64,000 nucleotides of DNA, from assembly GCF_006345805.1 (NCBI RefSeq), contig NC_042999.1, positions 129,208,001 through 129,272,000 of the forward strand, read 5' to 3'. Of the stretch, positions 11,135-24,222 are shown piece after piece. A program made the translations under genes and the position numbers. Source of the DNA: Octopus sinensis. Lineage: Eukaryota. Below the pieces are notes generated by a model. The model did not search any database and had not been told where the DNA came from. It saw only the letters and a list, made by a program, of their open reading frames with translations. Position 1 is the first letter of the stretch. The number at the start of each line of letters is the position of its first letter.

Positions 11135-13419
11135 CTGAAATCACAATTATAATCTAAGAATTCTTTTTAAAAAATCAATGTCCTTGGTTTGGAAACTTTG
11201 TGGCTTAGATTCTAAAAAATTAAATTTAAAATGAAATTCTCCCTAACACAGAAATATCAAATTTTAAAATCAAAGACTAACTGCTATTTTGCACCAGGAA
11301 TAAACTTAGTACATGAAGAATTTTGGAAATACTGTAATATAATCTAGTATATCCAAACTTTTAAAAACTTAGATTCTAAAATAATTTTAAACATCATATA
11401 ATTCTAAATAATTATGATTTCAAAATATGATTGCAACAGTATAAATTATAACATTTTTCATTAATAATATTCAAATTACACATAACAAAAACCTTAAACA
11501 TTACTCAATATTAATTGTATTACCTTCTTTCAAGATGATAGAGTACAATTTGAGGAATATTTGGTTGTTATTTCTAACAGGTCATGCAAATACATAAGAG
11601 TCCCATTGTAGGCTCATTCTTTCAGGATCAATATAATGGTAATAAAAATATAAAATAAAAGAAAATGAGATTAATATTCTTTTATATTCATTTTTACATG
11701 TTAGTATGGATTTTGTTGAATTTTTTTTAATGGTTCAATAATCTTCCAGCCAGAACCATTCAACCATAAAGTAGAAAAATTGAGATAAGCAGAGTTACAA
11801 GCCTTGTCCAGCGGTACAATACAATGGCTATAGTAATAACTGAAATAATAACTACATGATCAGAAGTCTACTACGTTATTCTTACAGAAGATGTACTTTA
11901 TATAGTTAATAATTTCATATTGAATATATAAAAAGAGTTCACATTATAAGAGAAATTAAATCCTTCTTCTGTGTAATGAACTTTTAATTTTACATACTTG
12001 TATGTGACTAAAATGTAATTTTTCTTGATACAAAAAAGAACAACCAAGAAAAAGAATTGTTAAAAGAGAAATACTAAAAGAATTTAAACATCAAAGCAGA
12101 AATACAGTTTCAAATTGAATAAACAGTAAATATTATCAACATGAAAGTAAAATATTTAGTAATAAACTTAACACTTTTTTGCTTGCTATGAAAGTATATT
12201 TTTCATAGTAGTAGTTCCTTTAACACCTGAAATGATTTTTCAGCAAAATATTTCTTACAGAATGATGAAACTAATGATGACAGTATCCCCACTATATTCA
12301 GTACCAGAAGAGAACATATGTCTTCTGCTTACAATGAACTATTATGTGTTATAATTAACAAGAAACTTTAAATACTCTTCTAGCTCCAATTAAAAAAGTC
12401 ATTACAAGGTCTTCTGAACTTTTAAGGAATAGAGAGAGCTTTTCAGAATAGATTCATGTTTGGAATAAATGCTTGTAGTTTGGTATAGAGCAGTGTTTCT
12501 CAACTTTTTTTTGTCCCATGCCTTACTATGATTACCACTTCCAAAAAACAAAAAGAAAAAAGCAAAGAATATAGCATACATACATATATATGCACACACA
12601 CATATATATATATATGTAGTAGTGGTGGTGGTGGTAGTGATGGTGGTGGTGGCAGTAGTAGTAGTAGTAGTAGCAGCAGCAATAGTAGATTAGCATCATC
12701 ATCAACAAAGTTTGTTTTCCATGGGCTAGATGGTTTGGAAGGAGCTAGCTAAGCAGAAGATTGCGCCAAGCTTCACTGTCTGTTTTGGCATGGTTTTTAC
12801 AGCTGGATGCCCTTCCTAACATCAACCACCTTATAGAGTGGACTTTTATGCATGACATTTAGTCCTGTTTCTTTAAAAGTTATTAAATCAAGGAAAATAG
12901 ATGACTAGAAATTCTGAATCTGATAGCAATTACATTCAGAATTCATTAGGGTATGCATAAATAAACAGTGTCTCTAACCTAGAGTTGCGAGACTATATCC
13001 AATAACTGGTACAGTACCCTGGATAATAGACTAAATTCTTCCTCGCTTACAGGTAAATTAAAGACACAGAAGAGAGACAGAGATACAGAAAGCCTTGGAG
13101 ATAAAACACTAAATTAACTAAAAAATCATGTGCATGATTAAATACTCTTCTCACACAATAGATGGAATTTAGGATTCAGTTGACTCTACTATTGTAAAAA
13201 ATAAGTAATATAAAGAATTAAATTCAGTGGTACTTAGTAAATGCAAATTAAGAATGAATAATGAGTGGCTAATTAAGCAAGAATCTGAATCAAATACATT
13301 TAACTGTTTCCCAACACATGAACAATACACAACTAAAACCTTCAATGTTACTAGACCATAAATGACTGATATCTCTAGGTGAACCATACACATATAACAT
13401 TGCTAAAGCTACATCATAA

Positions 13420-13960
13420 GGACTAAGACTCCTCTTCAAGAGCAGAAAATATTTCAGCCATAATCAATTACTGACCCTCTACAAAGTTCAAATATGGCAA
13501 TTAAAAACACAAGTTTATCCAAAAGAAGGCCATTCAGCCAATTGGCAAAAATTCACTCACCAACACACTACAACCAAAAACTCACTGATGTACTGTTTCT
13601 GCTACCAACCTCTTCTATTACCCCGACAATAGCCTCTGTTCCTCTGAACTAACTATCTGCATGCAATATCCTTGAAAGTCCATCTAACATACCTATCTTT
13701 CTTCCTTTCATCTTTCATTTTCACTGTATCTTAACCCCAGATCTTCCTTCATCTTTACTGCATTTTACACCCAGATCCATCCTGCACTTGACTTATTTCC
13801 CCACTAGAAATGCAACTCTTCTGAAATTCTTTCATCACCAATGTCTTTTCCTACAGATATTGATCAACAGATGTTCAAACTAAACCACATCAATTTCCTC
13901 AGTCTAGAGAATCTGCAAAGGCTATAACACTTTCCATCCCTCCTCTATCCTTTGTGCTAT
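13420..13960 (+). mobile_element. Heavily decayed Jockey/CR1-like LINE 3' region
   Basis: LLTLYKVQIW...AIQPIG..SLT..LQP resembles the LYKAQIRP...KAIRLI...LT..LQPL C-terminus of these LINEs. Confidence 0.4.
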
Positions 13961-14743
13961 TATATTTTTCCACATAATAATAGATCTAACTGAAAATATA
14001 TTCGATCTAATCTAAGGAGACATACAGAAGAAACTAAAAAAAAACTGAAAGGATTATCTGGTCATTGGATAATAATGTACAACTTGAAACATATACAAAA
14101 GACACACATCAAAGAATATTAAGTTTCATCACCAGATTTTTACATACCAACTTCACAACTTAACTAATTAAACTAATGAAAACTAGACAACTTTACATAC
14201 AATACACTCTGATGTACATAACAAAGAAGAAGATAAATAAAATAGAAAGAATGGTCTAGCAAGCCTCCATAACCACTCAGGATTAGGAAAGAATTAGTAA
14301 GAGAGAATACAAAACAATGGCCACATTAGATCATCACAAGTTTATTTTATCAAACAGCAAAAAAGAAAGAAAGAAAATGAAAAAAGAAAAATTTTAAATT
14401 AAACAACTTACAAGAACAATATTTGGCAAAAGATAGAAAACATTACTTTACAAACAATATATCAAGTCCATAATCTTAATAAAACTCCAACAATTCTGAA
14501 ACCTGTCACTATAAACCACAAACATTACCAATTCTCCCTTTATTGTTATGTCTCTATACATCATATAGCAAAATTGATGACTGTGAGAGAAGCACAATTC
14601 ATGGTCTGGTGAAGCCCATTCAGTTCATAAGTAAATATTCAAGCTGTTACAAATGCCTCCTCATCAAACCCAGTCATACACAAAACTAACATTAATTAAC
14701 TTTAAAATACAAAAACCATTCAGTTGAAAACTTCTAATATATC

Positions 14744-14965
14744 TTAACCCATTTCATATCAACCCACCCTAGACCTCCCCTAGTTCTATGATACAAATTC
14801 CCTGTTTTAAAGTGATCTCAATTTATACTTTCCATTAAAATTTCATGTTAAATTACACCAAAGACCAGCTAAAGAACAAAAGTTAATTTGCTAAATTCTT
14901 CATTATTTTCAAAATAATCTGAAAGGAAAAGAAGTATATTTCAGCAGAAATATGGTAACAGAAGA
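14744..14965. mobile_element. Decayed piggyBac-type MITE
   Basis: Left end TTAA-CCCATTTCAT; the right end gaaatatggtaacagaag is eroded. Confidence 0.4.
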
Positions 14966-16079
14966 GCATTCATAACTATCTCAAACCATCTCAGCTCATT
15001 CTCCCAAAGTGCCAGTCCATACAATCACAAACTGGTCAGCAAGCAGACTATGCTATAAGGTTCCGGATGGAACTAAAACTTGTATCATTCTGATATCAAT
15101 TAACCCATCTCAGTCCAGATTTATGAAATTGTCTCCTCTGAAAATAAACTCAGTAGTTGTGTAACTGGTTTATTCTCAGCATCTCCTTGTGTAAATGATA
15201 TATTAGACAACAAATCGTACTTTTGTTGTTGTTATTTATATACATTATATTGAAGGTCTACTCCAACTGACATAAGTGAAACTTCTAATACTTCATATAC
15301 AATGCCAATATTTACATACAAAACAAATGCCTTAAATGTCAACATAGAACTCTGAAGGTATTTCGACTACTACTTTATTGGCTTCAATATCAATTCATTT
15401 GCTTGAGTTAGAGAACAATAGCCTTTGTATATGAACTGGAGCAGTCTCTTAGATTATCACATTTCAATTAAAAAGTGGGTACATACTGAAACACTTCAAC
15501 GTACACAAAGCTACTGGTAATTAAAACAAAAAAATTAAATCTATATAAAACTCTAATTTAATCAAATTATAACTTGTATATTTAAATATAGTTTTTGTCA
15601 TTACATTATTTTCATTAAATATGGGAATTATTTACTGGCTCTTTACCAACAATCACCACAATATGGTAAAGTTTTCAAACCAAGAGAACTTTGTATGAAC
15701 TCCTTTGACCTACTCAGTATAAAAGTAAAATCTGCCTAAACAAACTGTATTTAAAACAAGTCACATTTTAAAACCTACATCTTAATACAACATATCAACA
15801 ATCATAATGACCATGGATAGAATACAGTCAGATTAATGAAATCTAACTTATACTCCAGAATTGCTATCTTCATGGTATTGGTCTACTCAGAGCTAACACA
15901 CAACAGTAAAACAGAAATTTTAAATGATAATAATTACATGAACACAAGGTCTTCATTGTTTTCTTAAAGTTAACAAGCACAAGCAGTTCTATCTCAGAAT
16001 CAGAACTAAGACACACTACATGGGATCAGGCATCCATGACACAGCATTCTATGTAAGAGAAATGCCAGTTAAGTTTATT

Positions 16080-17033
16080 TTATCAATAATATAATCTCCA
16101 TCATTATCAATGGCTGCAACCCAACAAGGAAGGTAAATTCTTTTTTTCTTCATTTAAAAAGTTCTGTACTTTTTCTGAAAAAGGATTAAAATACTGGTTT
16201 CAATATCTTCTTTGTTTCTGAATGTTCTGCTTCTATGAAATGCTCTAGTGACTGAAACAATTGATAGTCTGTTGGTGCTAAACCTGGTGAATATGAGATG
16301 TATGGAAAACTTCTTATTCCAACAATCTTATCTTGTCATGGATTTGCTTTGCAGAGTGAACATTTGTCATACTGGAGAATATCAATTTTTCTGTTTATTC
16401 AAAGCTGGTACCTTTTGATGATTCATTTATATTATCTAATTTCTGGCTATAAACAGGTTTCTTTGTTTCAGTACCATATAATATACATCTCTATTCCTAT
16501 TCCACTCCACCTAATGCATATCAAGGACTTCTGTGGATGGCTTACTGATTTTGCTGTTAGTACTAAATTCCTCTAGTGTTTTTGTTTTTTTGCAGTTGAC
16601 ATTCTGTACCCATTTTACTTCACCTTAACAATGTGATGCAGGAATGACAGAGTATTATTTCTAGCCAACTGACTTATGCAGATAATGGACATTGAATTTA
16701 GTTTTCATATGAAAGCTCATGAGAAAGCCAAATCCACTCTTTGTAGTTTTTGCTAACTTGTGTGAGATGTTTGCTGACAGTTGAATGTGACACATTCAAC
16801 TTCTAAACCAAAGCTCTGGTGTTTTCATGAGAATCTGCTTCAGCCATTTCCTCAAAATGTAGTTCTCCAAAGTGGTTCGTTTCCTAGAAGAAGACTTATC
16901 AGAAAATTCATAATCACAATTTTTGAAACTACAGTTAGCATTTACAAGCCTTTACTACATCAGGATATACATTGCAAATGATTCCTATTGCTTTCTGAAA
17001 TTTGTGCAGCAAGCAATAGCAAATATGCTGCAT
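16080..17033 (-). mobile_element. mariner transposase fossil (nearly full-length ORF, many stops)
   Basis: Reads MQHICYCLLHKFQK...LNVSHSTVSKHL...WLSHEL...SYSPGLAPTDYQLFQSLEHF...DNDGDYIID*. These are decayed WVPHEL and YSPDLAPSDY motifs. Confidence 0.85.
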
Positions 17034-18158
17034 TTTAAAGTCTTTATCTTCCTTTTGTTTAATCTTTACTATACACTATAAATAGAACACTAACAGATAG
17101 AAAAGATGATGAGCTAGATCTAAACAAAGTGGGGTTTGCCAATAAGAAGGGGAACTTGTTACAGAAATATCTATTCCAGCATTCTCATCTGGTCCATACA
17201 AGCATGGAAAAGGAGATATTACAACAATGATGATATCATACAGACACCTCCCCACAATGGAAATTCTGATCATGGAATTCTGCTTTTTGTGAAAATTGTA
17301 ATGTATGAACAATGATTCAGGGAATATGTGCCTACATGTTTCTCTTCCATCCTTGTCATGTTTGAGCATGCACCAATTCAACTAACATTGCTTTCCATTG
17401 ACCTCAACATACCAACATCTACCTATTCCCTTTTCAGCATCCCCTTAACTTGTTTTTGAATATATCAATTTGACCTACCTTGGTCTTACTAATTTTGATC
17501 AAACAGAACTCTCTCCCACTTCACATCTACCCTTTCCATTTTTTCATTTATATTTTTGTACTGAAGCAATAAAACAAATACTTTTTGCTGATGCAGAACA
17601 TATATTTGCCTAGGATTCTATTGTTTTACTATTTGGTATGGATTTAACTACTAACACAAAGAGTGAAGTACATTACTCTGATTCAAGACAACTAGAAAGA
17701 GACCATCAAATGGCAGTGAATGCAAAAGTGCAAAAAACATCATAAAAAGATTATATTGAGCATTAAACTTGTTTTTTTACAATTTATACCTATGTGTCAC
17801 AATTTGCGGTTCTGCCTAAAAAGTTTTGTACCTTTAATACCAAACAATGTCTCTGACTCCTAAATTATTCATATAGTTCTAAAATTAATAGTTAAGTTAA
17901 TGCTAACATATTTAATGCAGTGAACATTAAGAAGCTAACCAGAAATACTTATGGTTATGAAAAAACAATATTAGTCAATGACTGATATTAAATTAATTAT
18001 TTTATCAAGTATGAGAAACAAATCTAGGCATATTTTGGCCTTATTATAATCTCATCAGTGAATCCTTGCCAAAGTAATGATGAGAGACAACTAAAATTTA
18101 CAATGTGTCACTAGTTGGTGTAGAAAAATGAAATTGTTTAGGAACCAATCACAGTAAT

Positions 18159-18159
<1 letters not shown>

Positions 18160-18191
<32 letters not shown>

Positions 18192-21100
18192 TTAGCGTCC
18201 GTTTTCCATGCTAGCATGGGTTGGACGGTTCAACTGGGGTCTGGGGAGCCCGAAGGCTGCACCAGGCCAGTCAGATCTGGCAGTGTTTCTACAGCTGGAT
18301 GCCCTTCCTAACGCCAACCACTCCGAGAGTGTAGTGGGTGATTTTATGTGCCACCGACACAGGTGCCAGACGAGGCTGGCGAACGGCCACGCTCGGATGG
18401 TGTTTTTATGTGCCACCGACACAGGTGCCAGATGAGGTTGGCGGACGGCCACGATCGGATGGTGTTTGTTACGTCCCCAAAGCACGGAGGCCAGTCTATG
18501 CGGTACTGGCTACGGCCACGTTCGGATGATTTTCTTGTGTGCCACCGGCACTGGTACCACAAAGATACAAATTCCATTTATGTTCATCTATTTTGATTTG
18601 TTTTGATTTGATTTGATTTTCACTTGCCTCAACAGGTCTTCACAAGTGTCACAAGAAGGAAGGTATGCACAGGTGGACTGTCTACGTCGCCGGGTCTTCG
18701 GATGGTGTCTTTATGTGCCACCGACACAGGTGCCAGATGTGGCTGGCGAACGGCCACGATCGGATGGTTTTCTTGTGTGCCACCGGTAATGGAACCACAA
18801 AGATACAAATTCCATTGATGTTCATCTATTTTGATTTGGTTTGATTTCACTTGCCTCAACAGGTCTTCACAAGTGTCACGCGTGTCACACACTTGCCTCA
18901 ACAGGTCTCCACAAGTGTCACACACTTGCCTCTGCCTCAACAGGTCTTCACAAAGTGTCACACACTTGCCTCTGCCTCAACAGGTCTTCACAAAGTGTCA
19001 CACACTTGCCTCTGCCTCAACAGGTCTTCACAAGTGTCATAAGAGGGAAGGTATGCACAGGTGGACTGACTACGTCGCCGGGTCTTTGGATGGTGTTTTT
19101 ATGTGCCACCGACACAGGTGCCAGGTGAGGCTGGCGAACGGCCACGATCAGATGGTGTTTGTTGTGCCCACAGCACGGAGGCCAGTCGATGCGGTACCAG
19201 CTACGGCCACGTTCGGATGGTTTTCTTGTGTGCCACCGGTCTTCACAAGTGTCATAAGAGGGAAGGTATGCACAGGTGGACTGACTACGTCGCCGGGTCT
19301 TTGGATGGTGTTTTTATGTGCCACCGACACAGGTGCCAGGTGAGGCTGGCGAACGGCCACGATCAGATGGTGTTTGTTGTGCCCACAGCACGGAGGCCAG
19401 TCGATGCGGTACCAGCTACGGCCACGTTCGGATGGTTTTCTTGTGTGCCACCGGTACTGGAACCACAAAGATACAAATTCCATTGATATTCATCTATTTT
19501 GATTTGGTTTGATTTTCACTTGCCTCAACAGGTCTTCACAGGGTCACACACTTGCCTCAACAGGTCTCCACAAGTGTCACACACTTGCCTCTGCCTCAAC
19601 AGGTCTTCACAAGTGTCACACACTTGCCTCAACAGGTCTTCACAAGTGTCATAAGAGGGAGGTATGCACAGGTGGACTGACTACGTCGCCGGGTCTTCGG
19701 ATGGTGTCTTTATGTGCCACCGGCACAGGTGCCAGATGAGGCTGGCGAACGGCCACGATCGGATGTGTGTGTTGTGCCCACAGCACGGAGGCCAGTCGAT
19801 GCGGTACTGGTTACGGCCACGTTTGGGTGGTTTTCTTGTGTGCCACCGCACTGGTACCACAAAGAATACAATTCCACTGATGTTCATCTATTTTGATTTG
19901 TTTTGATTTGATTTGATTTTCACTTGCCTCAACAGGTCTTCATAAGTGTCACAAGAAGGAAGGTATGCACAGGACTGACTACGTCCCCGGTCGGGGCCAC
20001 GGGTTATGGCCTGACTAGTCTTGCCGGGTCTTCTCATGCACAGCATACTTCCATAGGTCTCGGTCTCTAGACATTTCCTTAGTGAGACCTAAAGTTCGAA
20101 GGTCGTGCTTCACCACCTCGTCCCAGGTTTTCCTGGGTCTACCTCTTCCACAGGTTCCCTCCACTGCTAGGGTGTAGCACTTTTGCACACAACTATCTTC
20201 AGCCTTTCTTGTCACATGACCATACCAGCGCAGCCGTCTCTCTTGCACGCCACAACTGACGCTTCTTAGGTTCAACTTTTCTCTCAAGGAACTTACACTC
20301 TGACGATTATGAACACTGACATTACACATCCATCGGAGCATACTGGCTTCATTTCTTGCGAGCTTACGCATATCCTCAGCAGTCACGGCCCATGTTTCAC
20401 TACCATGTAGCATGGCTGTACGTACACATGCATCATACAGTCTGCCTTTTACTCTGAGCGAGAGGCCTTTTGTCACCAGCAGGGGTAAGAGCTCTCTAAA
20501 CTTTGCCCAGGCTATTCTTACTCTAGCAGTTACACTTTCAGCACACCCACCCCCGCTACTGACTTGGTCTCCTAGGTAGCGGAAGCTATCAACTACTTCT
20601 AGTTTGTCTCCCTGGAACGTGGCAGAAGTTGGTCTCTGCATATTTCCAGTGTTTATTGCTCCTGAGCATTTGCCACAGACAAAAACTATTTTCCTAGTTA
20701 GCCTTCCTTTGACATTGCTGCACCTCTTATGTGTCCATAGCTTACACTTGGTGCATCTTATAGAGTTTCTACCTACACCTTTTTTACAGATCGAGCAGGG
20801 CCATCTACCTGAAGGCGTTTGTGATTGATCTACCTTCCTACTTATTAGAACTTTGGTTTTGGCTAGGTTGATTCTAAGGCCCTTCGATTCTAATCCTTGT
20901 TTCCACACCTGAAACTTCTCCTCCAGTTCTGATAGTGACTCAGCAATTAGAGCAAGGTCATCAGCATAGAGGAGCTCCCAGGGGCAACCTGTCTTGAATT
21001 CCTCCGTTATTGCCTGGAGGACTATGATAAATAGGAGGGGACTGAGGACTGAACCTTGGTGGACCCCAACCTCTACCCGGAATTCTTCACTGTACTCGTT

Positions 21101-21865
21101 GCCAACCCTCACCTTACTAGCAGCGTCTCTGTACATGGCTTGCACAGCTCTCACCAACCATTCTTCTATCCCTAGTTTCCTCATTGACCACCAGATAAGG
21201 GACCGGGGGACCCTGTCAAAGGCTTTCTCCAAGTCAACAAAAGCCAGGTACAAGGGCTTATCTTTGGCTAGGTATTTCTCCTGCAGCTGTCTTACCAGGA
21301 ATATAGCATCAGTAGTACTTTTCCCTGGCACGAACCCAAACTGCATATCATCTAAGGTAACTCTCTCTCTAATTAGTTGGCTACAACCCTCTCCGTAACC
21401 TTCATTACCTGATCCAGCAGCTTGATGCCCCTGTAGTTATTTGTCTCTAGGGCGTCGCCTTTACCTTTGTAGCAGTTGACTATTATGCTGCTACACCAGT
21501 CATTGGGTATGACCCCCTCGTGTATCACCTGGTTAACTATACGGGTGACTAAGCTATAGCCGACACCACCAGATATTTTGAGCATCTCTGCAGTAATTCC
21601 TGATGGGCCTGGGGCTTTCCCTGTTTTCATGCTTCTAATTGCCTTATCTACTAAGGAACTGTTAACTCGGATTGCTGGTCCCTCTGTTGGGTCGACATTC
21701 GGCAGACTCTCTTTATCCCATTCATTTTCCTCATTCAGCAACCTTTCATAGTGGCGTCTCCAAGCTTCTCTCTTTGCATCCTCATTTAACGCAAGTGAAC
21801 CATCCTCCATGCGAACACATTTCTCTCCTACCACGTCACGATTCTCTCTCACGTGGTAGGAGAGA
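18160..21865 (-). mobile_element. Young 5'-truncated RTE LINE with a tandemly expanded ~1.85-kb 3'UTR and (TGA)n tail
   Basis: RT ORF at 20015-21852, UTR at 18192-20014, (TCA)n at 18161-18191. Confidence 0.95.
20015..21852 (-). pseudogene. RTE ORF2 reverse transcriptase (about 600 aa) split by one frameshift near 21380; includes a PHD finger
   Basis: Motifs KAPGPSGITAE, NYRGIKLL, QFGFVPGKSTTDAIF, FVDLEKAFDRV, GVHQGSVLSPLLF, LLYADDL and YLG. C4HC3 pattern CSIC..CTKC..HKRC..CGKC at about 20667-20800. Confidence 0.95.
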
Positions 21866-21929
21866 TAGATATATAATCAAGAAAAGATAACCACCCATGC
21901 TGGGGATTAAAATGGCATAGTTTTTTATT

Positions 21930-22220
21930 GTTTTACTTGTTTCACTCATTTGAATGACGCCATGCTGGAGCACCGCCATTGGTCAAACACATCAACCATA
22001 GGATTTATTCTTTGTAGAAATAATACTTATTCTATCAGTGTCTTTTGCTGAACCATTCAGTTATGAGAACATAAACACAGCAACATCAGTTGTCAAGCAA
22101 TGGTGGGGACACAGAAACAGACACACGCACACGCACAAATATAAACATATATATATGACAGACTTCTTTCAGTTTCTGTATATGAAATCCACTGACAACG
22201 CTTTGTTCAGCCTGCGGCTA
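21930..22220 (-). mobile_element. SINE family A (head-truncated)
   Basis: Shares the family-A 3' block and the ttctttcagtttc...aatccactgacaacgctttg segment. Confidence 0.7.
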
Positions 22221-22225
22221 TAATA

Positions 22226-23212
<987 letters not shown>

Positions 23213-23299
23213 AAAAGAGCAATAAAGATTCAAGTTAATTTAAAAAATTTACTTGAATATGGTACCTAACTTAGATGCACCAAAAAAAACTATACTGAT

Positions 23300-23770
23300 T
23301 TAACAATACAGTAATGTGGGGTGATTATAAGCGAGAAAGAAGCAACAAGAATGGATAGGTTTTTAGTACGATCGTTTCATACAAGGACAGGTTTTATTAA
23401 AAGTTGCAAAGATTACAGCATATAAACGAGTCCCGTACTCATCAGCTAAAATACATGTAAGTTCTCTAGACATCCTAGTGTTTGAGGCTATACTCATGAA
23501 GTAATGTAGATAATTAAACAGATTTCTAAAGTTCATTAAAGTTCCTTAAAGATGATGTATAGTCTTATCACAGAATTTTAAAAAAGTTTTGATAGCATCA
23601 CAGAGAAGGTGACCTAATCCATATGAATTTCCATAGATATGATGAGGGATTTCGTGAATTGTGCCTTGATAATTGAGAGTATGGTTAAGACATCAATTAC
23701 AAAATATGTTGATATAAATTCTTCACAACCTTGACAAGCCAAGTGCATTTCTAATTACAACCTATAATTT
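23300..23770 (-). mobile_element. Penelope-like element 3' remnant (decayed GIY-YIG region plus pLTR)
   Basis: Minus strand near 23680-23760 reads HLACQGCEEFYI, resembling the CxxC..YIG(ET) segment of PLE GIY-YIG endonucleases. A hammerhead ribozyme follows downstream. Confidence 0.6.
23361..23451 (-). ncRNA. Type I hammerhead ribozyme with palindromic stem III (dimer type)
   Basis: Minus strand reads UUUUAG CUGAUGA GUAC-GGGAC [loop] GUCCUU-GUAU GAAA CGAUCG U A CUAAAA. Stem I is 6/6 bp, the cores are intact, the stem III palindrome is ACGAUCGU and the cleavage triplet is GUA. Confidence 0.88.
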
Positions 23771-24016
23771 CTAAAGCACTAAGAAATATAGTATCAATGA
23801 CTATATATCTTGTTCAAAATACAGTGAATTGTATCATAATATTTCAACAGCAGTTAAAAGTTGAAAATATGCTTTTACCATATGCAATATTTTTCCTTTC
23901 TTATTCTATATCTGATTAGGTATGTTACAAATTCAATTGAAAATGTAACTGCATTTCAGATTACTGACAACCGTCTAATTTCTACATGCCACCTGTATGC
24001 ATGAGAAGGTGTTTAA

Positions 24017-24222
24017 CCCTTTAGCATTAAAGTTGACCTTATCTGGCCCAATTATTCAACCTGTTTTATGTTCAAACTGGCTAGTTCTGAGCTCTCACAC
24101 CTACCCTACAATGCAATCCTAAAAGTAAACAATCACATCATCAAAATCTTAAAGCTATGAAAAAGTGCATAATTAATTCAAAACAATGTTACACTTGACA
24201 GAGTAATCTGAATGCTAAAAGG
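24017..24222. mobile_element. piggyBac-type MITE (206 bp) with TTAA TSD
   Basis: TTAA (24013-16) CCCTTTAGCATT...AATGCTAAAAGG TTAA (24223-26); the TIR matches 11/12. Confidence 0.9.

Noticed and set aside
18338-19906. CRISPR-like or repeat-protein-like appearance of the tandem units and overlapping ORFs
   Set aside because: There are no unique spacers, the context is eukaryotic, and the units are collinear with the RTE 3'UTR. The ORFs are GC-rich by-products.
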